DNA from: a bacterium
GTDB taxonomy: Bacteria > Patescibacteriota > Minisyncoccia > Phycocordibacterales > JAKAEA01
DNA: 64,000 nucleotides
Direction of reading: 5' to 3'
NCBI GenBank assembly: GCA_021818465.1
Contig: JAKAEA010000001.1
Span: 311,712-375,711 of the forward strand
In this document: positions 9,849-16,714 of the stretch, piece after piece
How positions within the stretch are numbered: position 1 is the stretch's first letter
Layout of the letters: each line of letters starts with the position of its first letter
Notes under the pieces: generated by a model
The model's database searches: none
What the model was told of the DNA's origin: nothing
Seen by the model: only the letters and a program-made list of their open reading frames with translations
Translations under genes and position numbers: made by a program

Positions 9849-10592
9849 TTACTCACCAGACTCCATAATGTTTCCGGTACCGACCGTAGCAAATGATTGC
9901 TGATCAGGGGATACAAAAATGATCTTACAACGACAAGGAATTGTGTGGCATTGTGGGCACACTTGGTAATACTTTGCGACTTCCTCCATTAAGTTTATGT
10001 TCTTAATGTAGGCAAAGGCGAGGATCCAGCTAAACAGATCAGCTAGTTCCAAGGCACATTCCTCAATGATTTTTTTAGGGTCATTGGGCGTATTTGGACC
10101 GCTGACACTTAAAATACTAAACTCGCTGAATTCGCTCGTGGCTCGCCCATACACTTCCCAGAATCCACGTTCTCTGTTGTGTTTGCCATAGACGGCATCG
10201 CAGTGTTTTTGCCAATCGGCGATAGTCCATTGGTATTGGGATCGGTCGATTGATCGAACATTTGGATTAGGTCGCTTATTATCTTTACATCGGCATGGTT
10301 TTTGACTGCAATAAGCACATCCGTACCAAGGATATTTTTTTACCATGCTTTCTGCGAGAACAATACGACCATGGTAACCGTTCACCAAGCTCATGAAGTA
10401 TGCAAAACATTTACTCAGCCGTACCTCAAAGGGCAAGCCTTTTCTTTCTGCATCAACCAATCTACCAAGCTGCCGCTGCATATGAGTTGTTCGTTCTGGT
10501 ATTGATATGTTAACGAACAGATTTCGCGTGCCATACAGTTTTTCAAAATGTTCCTGTACTTCAGTAAGCGAACCCCTTAATGGGTTTTTCAT
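9849..10592 (-). CDS. tandem MazG-like NTP pyrophosphohydrolase with two Cys-rich Zn motifs
   Basis: Two homologous halves, each starting Q.H...YG..N and ending C..C...PCRCK; second half has SEFSE and ELADLFSW. Confidence 0.75.
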   Translation of the reverse strand: MKNPLRGSLTEVQEHFEKLYGTRNLFVNISIPERTTHMQRQLGRLVDAERKGLPFEVRLSKCFAYFMSLVNGYHGRIVLAESMVKKYPWYGCAYCSQKPCRCKDNKRPNPNVRSIDRSQYQWTIADWQKHCDAVYGKHNRERGFWEVYGRATSEFSEFSILSVSGPNTPNDPKKIIEECALELADLFSWILAFAYIKNINLMEEVAKYYQVCPQCHTIPCRCKIIFVSPDQQSFATVGTGNIMESGE

Positions 10593-10714
10593 ATAACACC
10601 CCTTTCAAAAAACAAAACGTATACATCAAAACTGTTCGCTATAGTACACTTGATTCCTTCTTGTGCAAGTTTTTCAAAGCCGCTCTTCTTTGGTAATATA
10701 CTATCGTTCAATCT

Positions 10715-10786
10715 GGGCCTATAGTTTCAATGGTAAAACAGCGGTCTCCAAAACCGTCGTTCCCCGTTCGAGTCGGGGTGGGCCCG
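10715..10786 (+). tRNA. tRNA-Trp(CCA)
   Basis: GGGCCTA...GCGGT-CTCCAAA-ACCGT...CCCCGTTCGAGTCGGGG-TGGGCCC-G; 3' CCA not encoded. Confidence 0.95.
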
Positions 10787-10839
10787 CTGGGAATAATTAC
10801 GTCCATAACGCATGCTATATATTAAAAAACAGACGGAGG

Positions 10840-11406
10840 TTAATCCGTCTGTAATCTTCGTATGAGGCGTTCGGCGTCGTTTAATTGGGTTCGATAAAAA
10901 GCGAGACGGAATACGTCCCACCTTCTCTTGTTCCAGAATCGATGCTCCTTGAATCTGCCTTCTTCTTTAAAACCAGCTCGGATAAGTGGTAAAAAGGATG
11001 CGGTATTGTATTCATACACCTCAGTATAAATCTTATGGAGATTGTGAATACTCTGGAAAAGATGCTGACTCATGAGTGCGAATGACTCGAAGCCAACAAA
11101 ACCAGATCTGCCTTCTGGTGCTAGAAACGTGGTTACGAAGACATATCCATCACATTTCTTAAGTCCATAAGAATATATGGTGCCAATAAACGACTGTGAT
11201 CGTTGGTGAAAAATCATATACTGCTCATGTCTGTCAGTTGCGAAGTCTTTATCTAATTCTGCCTTAAGTTCCTCCTGGGTAACTATATTTCGTCGGTTGG
11301 TACACATTGTTATATAATCATCACTGTTGCGCCAGGAAGATAATATTTCAATGTGCGACGGTGTGAGTGGAATGAGTCGAACAATACGGCCATTAAGTAT
11401 ACTCAT
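10840..11406 (-). CDS. GNAT (RimJ/RimL-type) N-acetyltransferase
   Basis: L.G..VRL.P, FIGTI, LHKIY.EV.EYN..S, GFKEEGRFKEH; SD AAGGAG before ATG 11406. Confidence 0.85.
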   Translation of the reverse strand: MSILNGRIVRLIPLTPSHIEILSSWRNSDDYITMCTNRRNIVTQEELKAELDKDFATDRHEQYMIFHQRSQSFIGTIYSYGLKKCDGYVFVTTFLAPEGRSGFVGFESFALMSQHLFQSIHNLHKIYTEVYEYNTASFLPLIRAGFKEEGRFKEHRFWNKRRWDVFRLAFYRTQLNDAERLIRRLQTD

Positions 11407-11452
11407 GCACTTCTCCTTGATTGTAAAAGTCACCCCACGACAATCTAAATTT

Positions 11453-11511
11453 ATTATAAATTATATTATAGTGTTGTCAATGTTGACACAATGTAAACTA
11501 ACTATTATATT
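11453..11511. promoter_or_regulatory. back-to-back sigma70 promoters for the GNAT gene and the small protein gene
   Basis: TGTCAA-TG-TTGACA: TTGACA-N17-TATATT on + and TTGACA-N16-TATAAT on -. Confidence 0.65.
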
Positions 11512-11548
11512 TCCAACAGTTGCTTTTCGCGAAAGGAGCTGATGTAAC

Positions 11549-11749
11549 ATGTCGAAAGGCGAATACGGTGGCGGCTATAGTAAGTCGGATGCCGCAAAGG
11601 ATACCGATTCTTCCACAAGCAAGGTCAGTGAAGCTTGGCACACAGCCCGCGACGATGCTGCCAAAGAGGGCGGCTGGGGCGTTCCCGCAGATCGCCACGA
11701 TTCAAAAGAGAACAAATCTTCTTCAGATTCTGGAGATAGTGGGAAATAA
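11549..11749 (+). CDS. small hydrophilic Ser/Asp/Lys/Gly-rich hypothetical protein (66 aa)
   Basis: Strong SD GAAAGGAG, own promoter and terminator. Confidence 0.75.
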   Translation: MSKGEYGGGYSKSDAAKDTDSSTSKVSEAWHTARDDAAKEGGWGVPADRHDSKENKSSSDSGDSGK

Positions 11750-11760
11750 CGTATCGTTAC

Positions 11761-11790
11761 GAGGGGGCGTTTCTATGCCCCCTCATTTTA
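11761..11790 (+). terminator. intrinsic terminator
   Basis: GAGGGGGCGT-TTCT-ATGCCCCCTC then ATTTTATTT. Confidence 0.75.
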
Positions 11791-11854
11791 TTTACCAGGG
11801 AACCCTGTGGGTACTATGAGGGAGGTGGTCATTTTGGTACAATAATTATGTAAT

Positions 11855-12112
11855 ATGAAAAAAAATCCAGTATGTACTATCTTGTGGTCAGATGCGGCAT
11901 ATAGCTATGATACAGAACCCGACCCGACCACACCAACGCCGTGTCTTACAACAGGGTTTATATTTGAAACAAATGAACAATATACTTTCATTGCTACAAA
12001 TGTAAAATATGATAAAGATACTGGCATTCTTACTGCCGTGGATGGTTTGATTATTCCAGAAAAAGCAATTTTGGAATTTAAACGAATAGGTGATTATCAT
12101 CCACAAGAATAA
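11855..12112 (+). CDS. small beta-rich hypothetical protein, paralogue 1
   Basis: I.WSDA...TTGFIFE.....I...IP..AI pattern shared with the next ORF. Confidence 0.65.
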   Translation: MKKNPVCTILWSDAAYSYDTEPDPTTPTPCLTTGFIFETNEQYTFIATNVKYDKDTGILTAVDGLIIPEKAILEFKRIGDYHPQE

Positions 12113-12119
12113 TAATTAC

Positions 12120-12368
12120 ATGTCTGCAAAAAAAATCAGAGTTATTTGGAACGACGCGAGACTTTTTTCTCCTCAACAAAAAACCATCAGTCTGTCTTCT
12201 ATGGAAACACTCGGCTTTCTTGAAAAAGAAACTGATACATATCTTTTGATCAAAGATCCCATAACCACAGGACGGGATACTGGAGGCAAACATCCCAAAC
12301 AAAAACCAACGTTTTACTATATTCCCAAAGGAATGATTCAATCAATTGAATATATCACTATTCAATAA
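12120..12368 (+). CDS. small beta-rich hypothetical protein, paralogue 2
   Basis: VIWNDA...TLGFLEK.....L...IPKGMI; start placed at ATG 12120. Confidence 0.65.
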   Translation: MSAKKIRVIWNDARLFSPQQKTISLSSMETLGFLEKETDTYLLIKDPITTGRDTGGKHPKQKPTFYYIPKGMIQSIEYITIQ

Positions 12369-12533
12369 TTCCGTTCTAATCTCGTCCCAGACGGCCCGCC
12401 AACTCGTGAGGCGCACGAAAGGCGTCTCATGCTAATTTTTAGTTTTGCATAAACTGGTTTTATGATCACTCTTGGGCGCGTTGCGATACTATCTGTGATA
12501 TGAATCCCAAAAAACTGCGGACAGAGGAGAGTG
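12361..12533 (+). repeat. island repeat copy R1 (about 175 bp)
   Basis: TTCAATAATT..GTTCTAAT-N15-CCGCCAACTCGTGAGGCGCACGAAAGGCGT...ACTGGT...GCGATACTAT...GAGAGTG, collinear with 15058-15233. Confidence 0.9.
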
Positions 12534-12620
12534 GCCGGAACTGTATTTCTTCATTCTTTACAACTCCCAAAATAAGAGGTAGTGTTTGTGATAAGTTTGT
12601 TAGTTAATCTGTTTCTAAAT

Positions 12621-13334
12621 ATGTACTGTAAACATTGTGGTGAAAAAATGACTAACGGTGCCCAATTTTGCGGTAAATGTGGCGTGCTGGTAGATAATAA
12701 AGGTCCACAAAATCAGGAGATGTATAAAGAAAGTTCTTTAGACGTTGAGTTAAAAAGAGGCGTATATAAACTTGAAAATGGAGATATGGCGGGAGCAGAA
12801 AAAATCTTTGAAGATTTAGCTTTCAAATATAATGCGCCGATGGCGTGGGTATATATCGGAGGAATTAAATTAGGGCAATTAGATTCTGGAGAAAGCACGG
12901 TGCAACAGGCGCTTAACTGTTTTGTAAAAGCTAGTCAAATAAATCCTACGTCAAAAGAGATGTATCAGAGTATTTTTTGCGATATAGCTACAAAACAAAT
13001 AGAGAAATTTTATAACCAGTATTTTTTAACAAAAAAACAAGCTGGCAAAGCCAGCAGGAGAGGTTGGGGAAGTTTAGCTCTTGGAGGATTGTCGCTTCTT
13101 TTCGCGAATCAAAGCCAGACACTGGGTAATAAGATGCTCGGAGGGGCGGGCGGTATTTATGGCGCTTATCGTGCAAACAAAAATTTCTCAAATAGTAGTA
13201 ATGCAAAACAATTATTGTCATTCTATATCACGACCATAAAACAACTTGTCGCAGGCGTAGGATCTTTTTGTTCTGATAGTAAAAATATTTATCAGGATTT
13301 TTTGAATAAAACAAACCGACTTAAATTAGCATAG
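12621..13334 (+). CDS. zinc-ribbon domain protein with TPR-like helices and a glycine-zipper segment
   Basis: MYCKHCG...FCGKCG; helical AE.IFE/ALNCF segments; GSLALGGL...GGAGGIYGAY. Confidence 0.7.
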   Translation: MYCKHCGEKMTNGAQFCGKCGVLVDNKGPQNQEMYKESSLDVELKRGVYKLENGDMAGAEKIFEDLAFKYNAPMAWVYIGGIKLGQLDSGESTVQQALNCFVKASQINPTSKEMYQSIFCDIATKQIEKFYNQYFLTKKQAGKASRRGWGSLALGGLSLLFANQSQTLGNKMLGGAGGIYGAYRANKNFSNSSNAKQLLSFYITTIKQLVAGVGSFCSDSKNIYQDFLNKTNRLKLA

Positions 13335-13355
13335 TCTATTAATTAACATATTTTT

Positions 13356-14450
13356 ATGTACTGTTCAAAATGTGGAAATAAAGCAGAACATGGCGACCGC
13401 TTTTGTATTAAATGTGGAACAAAACTTAACTTCACAGTAGAGGAAAATGTAGAAACGCTTAGTCAGGAAAAAATAGAAGAAATTATCAAAGATCTCAACG
13501 ATGGAACAGTAGCCGCATTCACAGCCGCCGAACTCACAGTTGCCGAAAAAGAGGCGGTAGTCAGAATAGCAATCAAACAACAAGACCCTCGACTGGCTAT
13601 AAGTATTCTTAATTATCTGAATAGTGTGAAAGAACACAAACTAACCTCGCAAGAAAAAATGGAATTAAAATGGACTATCCTAAAAAGCAAGGATACGGAA
13701 ATTGCGTGTTCTGCCTTGCTTAATCTTGGAAATGTTTTTACAGACCCAGAACGAAAAACCCTACGCGATATTGCATCAAAAACTACAAACGCTTATTGGG
13801 CGTATGGTATCTATCGAGAAGAATGTCTTGAGCTGGTACACGAACCAGAGAACAGAAAAGCGCTAAGAAAAACGGTTGTAGAAACGAACGATCCCAAATA
13901 CGCTTTTGAATTTCTTAGTGCTCAAGACGAAAACCTGGAATCATACGATAAGGATCTGAAGTCCTTGGAGTTTAGTAAAGAAGAATTAGAACATTTTAAA
14001 CAAATAATACTTTCTAGCCGAGATGTTGATATTGCATACAAGCTCTTGTTTTCCAAAGAACAAGTAGAAAAGGCAAAAAAAGATCCAGATATGTTTGATT
14101 ACACCTTTCCTTCAGTGATTGATTTAACACCTAACGAACAAGAAATCCTCAAGAAAATAATTCTTGAGAGTAAGAACGCTTATTCTGCCTACGACATACT
14201 TGGGGGGCTTCGTGGAAATCCGGCCGTTATTTTCACGGATATAGAACGAGCGCTTTTAAGAGAAATTTTAGTTCAAACAACGAATCCAACTGTTGCCCGT
14301 GGTGTCTTGTCTAATCCTATTCTGTCCCAGAGTCTCAGTCAGGAGGAGCGCGCTCATCTTGTTGGCGCTCAAAATGAAGACAGTAAGAAAAGAGAAGAAA
14401 TAAAGAAAAAATGGAGAGAATCAAATAAGACCCCGAGGGAAATTGAATGA
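13356..14450 (+). CDS. zinc-ribbon domain protein with tandem helical repeats
   Basis: MYCSKCG...FCIKCG then repeats of [LF]T..E...L...I..S.[DN]...AY..L. Confidence 0.7.
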   Translation: MYCSKCGNKAEHGDRFCIKCGTKLNFTVEENVETLSQEKIEEIIKDLNDGTVAAFTAAELTVAEKEAVVRIAIKQQDPRLAISILNYLNSVKEHKLTSQEKMELKWTILKSKDTEIACSALLNLGNVFTDPERKTLRDIASKTTNAYWAYGIYREECLELVHEPENRKALRKTVVETNDPKYAFEFLSAQDENLESYDKDLKSLEFSKEELEHFKQIILSSRDVDIAYKLLFSKEQVEKAKKDPDMFDYTFPSVIDLTPNEQEILKKIILESKNAYSAYDILGGLRGNPAVIFTDIERALLREILVQTTNPTVARGVLSNPILSQSLSQEERAHLVGAQNEDSKKREEIKKKWRESNKTPREIE

Positions 14451-14462
14451 TAGGCGTTAAAA

Positions 14463-15020
14463 ATGTTAAAGAAAGATGATTGCCAAAAACTGAATAATGA
14501 ATTTGTATTTTTTCAGAATATTCTTATGGATATTTTGATCCGTCGCGCTATCTTCAAAAAATTTGAGGATGAGATGAAGAAGACTCACCTCACCGAACAC
14601 AACGATATGATGGCATTGGTTTGGTATGGTTATACAATTTCTCAATTAAGTGATTGTCGAAAATTCTTTGCCCGTGACGACGATGCTCATAGTTTTCAGT
14701 TTGTTGTTTGCCATATTAAAAATGAGGTTCTTAAAAAAGAACATAAAACCCTTTTTATTTTTTGGAAAGAAGAAGACCTAGAGACCGTTCTTAACAAGTA
14801 TCTACTTCATGCTAATATGCGTTTTCGTGATATCAAAACCGAAGTTCATGTTCGTGTTCTTGATTTATTTATTGACAAACTTGAAAAATATATTGAGTCA
14901 ATAAAAGATGATTTATTAAAAAATTATTCAGGAATCAGTGTAGTAGGATATGGAAATTTTTTGTTAGAACGAGAGCGTGAGGTTGATGTATTTTTTAAAG
15001 AAGTTAGAAAAAATCAATAA
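14463..15020 (+). CDS. all-alpha hypothetical protein, possibly AbiU2-type HEPN with degenerate motif
   Basis: RKFF..D....SF and LNKYLLH, resembling the HEPN RNK..AH motif with the Arg replaced. Confidence 0.45.
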   Translation: MLKKDDCQKLNNEFVFFQNILMDILIRRAIFKKFEDEMKKTHLTEHNDMMALVWYGYTISQLSDCRKFFARDDDAHSFQFVVCHIKNEVLKKEHKTLFIFWKEEDLETVLNKYLLHANMRFRDIKTEVHVRVLDLFIDKLEKYIESIKDDLLKNYSGISVVGYGNFLLEREREVDVFFKEVRKNQ

Positions 15021-15057
15021 AATTTTCCGTTATTATTCTTGGTTTTATATGTTATAA

Positions 15058-15233
15058 TTCAATAATTGAGTTCTAATACTATTCTAAACTTTCCGCCAAC
15101 TCGTGAGGCGCACGAAAGGCGTTTAATAACGCTTTTATATTTTTATAGACTGGTACGTAAATTTTTTTGAGTATGTCGCGATACTATTCTTGTCTTGATT
15201 TTAAACTCAAACTATCGTTGACTTGTGAGAGTG
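15058..15233 (+). repeat. island repeat copy R2
   Basis: 30-nt core at 15093-15122 identical to 12396-12425, with the same flanking blocks at near-identical spacing. Confidence 0.9.
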
Positions 15234-15257
15234 TTTTGACTAACGTTCACGACAAAT

Positions 15258-15290
15258 AAAAAACCCACTGCATTGTGCACATGCAGTGGG
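15258..15290 (-). terminator. intrinsic terminator of the putative sRNA
   Basis: CCCACTGCAT-GTGCACA-ATGCAGTGGG-TTTTTT on the minus strand. Confidence 0.85.
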
Positions 15291-15443
15291 GGAGGAGAAA
15301 GTTTGATGGATCGATACATCAAAAATCTTTCTCGTGCTGATTTGATGAGACGAAACGAGTAATATCGAGACATCGATCTGCATAATCTCTCCGAAGAAGA
15401 CTAACTTCATTCGATTACACTTCTCGTCACAAACCCCTCAGCA
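15258..15443 (-). ncRNA. putative standalone structured small RNA (about 186 nt)
   Basis: Promoter at 15449-15476, long stem with C(UUCG)G loop, second hairpin, strong terminator; no ORF contained between promoter and terminator. Confidence 0.65.
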
Positions 15444-15448
15444 TTAAT

Positions 15449-15476
15449 ATTATAGCATATATGTAAAAAAAGTCAA
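15449..15476 (-). promoter_or_regulatory. near-consensus sigma70 promoter
   Basis: TTGACT-N16-TATAAT with extended TG. Confidence 0.8.
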
Positions 15477-15502
15477 ATCATTGAACACTTGATGAAAATG
15501 AA

Positions 15503-15531
15503 ACGGCCTGCCAACTCGTGCGGCGCACGAA
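15503..15531 (+). repeat. island repeat copy R3 (core only)
   Basis: ACGGCCTGCCAACTCGTGCGGCGCACGAA, 27 of 29 positions identical to 12391-12419. Confidence 0.85.
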
Positions 15532-15621
15532 TGAAAAAAGTTTATTGTTTCGTGATATATACAAATTTTTGTGTTATAAGTAACGCCAAGTATTGTCATT
15601 ACTTTTATAAGCTAAACTACT

Positions 15622-15969
15622 ATGACTAAAAAAATCGTATTTCTAGGTGTTTTTTTGGTGTTACTGATGAGTGTTGTGGCCGTACCAGCGGGTCAGGCTT
15701 TTGCTTGGGGATCATATGGTTATTATGGCGGCTACCAATATTATAATAGTTACCAGCCTTACTACAGCTATTACTATCAACCGTCGTATTATTACTATAC
15801 ACCGCCCGTATATACGCCACCGCCGACGTATACCTATTATTGCTCGTGGGGATGTGCGTCACACAACTATAACTACAATAACGACTATAATTATAATTAC
15901 AACTACAATCATAACTACAACCACAACTATAATCACAACTATAATTACAACAACTACCGTCAGTGGTAG
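15622..15969 (+). CDS. secreted Tyr/Asn/Pro-rich low-complexity protein
   Basis: Signal peptide ending QAFA, Tyr-rich body, YTPP repeats, (NY/NH)n tail; N-terminus resembles 22139. Confidence 0.75.
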   Translation: MTKKIVFLGVFLVLLMSVVAVPAGQAFAWGSYGYYGGYQYYNSYQPYYSYYYQPSYYYYTPPVYTPPPTYTYYCSWGCASHNYNYNNDYNYNYNYNHNYNHNYNHNYNYNNYRQW

Positions 15970-15991
15970 ATGGTGGTTTTTTTCCAGCTCC

Positions 15992-16714
15992 TTATTTTTT
16001 TGAAACGTTTTTTATCGTAGCAAAACTTTTTTCAAGTGCTGTTTGCATGCTGCTTAAATCGGAAAAGGCAGGATACACGCTGCCATTCACAATAAAAAAT
16101 GGTGGTGTAGTGGTGGCAGGAATTGGCGGTAGAGCGATAAGACTTTCTACTGCTGCCCAGTCACTGTCGTAATTAAATGAATAAATATGTGCCTGAGGAT
16201 ACTTTTGTGTTACTGCTTGTAAAATATATCCTTGGGTCACACACTGCGCGCAGGTGCCTGTTGGGTAAAAATAGAGGATAAATGGACGCGATGTGGTAAC
16301 TGGAAGAGCGCAGCGGTGTATAATAGTTTGTTCAAGATTATAGTCTTTAATTTCCATGAGCGAATAGTAGCGTTCCAAACGGAAGAGATCGGGATTATCT
16401 GGTCCGAGCTGACTTTGCATAAAAGAAAGTTTATTTTGTAAATCAGTGAGACTCGTGGCAATGGCTTTCGCAGTGGTTGTAGCTGAAGCGCCAGTGCTCG
16501 TACTGGAAGCGCAGAGAGATGTGTTGATGTTAGCAGTAAGGATGTCGGTTCGCGCTTGGAGTGATAAAATTTGAGTAGCGATGGCATCTTCTTCATTTTT
16601 AATAATGGCAGTTTTTTGATTATTGATATAGACACTAACCATCCACGCACCGATAAAGATGACGGCCGTAATAACAAGAACTGAAATATATAGCGTAACG
16701 GGAATTCGTTTCAT
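15992..16714 (-). CDS. membrane-anchored coiled-coil protein with thioredoxin-like CxxC domain
   Basis: N-terminal TM; ILYFY...CAQC..QGYIL; PFFIVNG; ATGA overlap with the GT2 gene. Confidence 0.7.
   Translation of the reverse strand: MKRIPVTLYISVLVITAVIFIGAWMVSVYINNQKTAIIKNEEDAIATQILSLQARTDILTANINTSLCASSTSTGASATTTAKAIATSLTDLQNKLSFMQSQLGPDNPDLFRLERYYSLMEIKDYNLEQTIIHRCALPVTTSRPFILYFYPTGTCAQCVTQGYILQAVTQKYPQAHIYSFNYDSDWAAVESLIALPPIPATTTPPFFIVNGSVYPAFSDLSSMQTALEKSFATIKNVSKK

Noticed and set aside
10715-10786. UGA recoding (genetic code 25) as in some CPR lineages
   Set aside because: Conserved genes are intact under code 11, and TGA serves as stop in several ATGA/GTGA overlaps
15213-15383. Short minus-strand ORFs (about 47 and 53 aa) within the putative sRNA
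   Set aside because: Both run through the strong intrinsic terminator and show no recognisable motif; they cannot be fully excluded
15258-15443. T-box, SRP RNA or retron msr-msd identity for the sRNA
   Set aside because: No T-box UGGNACC bulge or downstream gene, no SRP GGAA-loop motif, and no reverse transcriptase in the window
12361-15531. Island repeats as a CRISPR array or classical attC sites
   Set aside because: Copies are 2.7 kb and 0.4 kb apart with genes between them, no cas genes are present, and the RYYYAAC...GTTRRRY ends of attC are not evident
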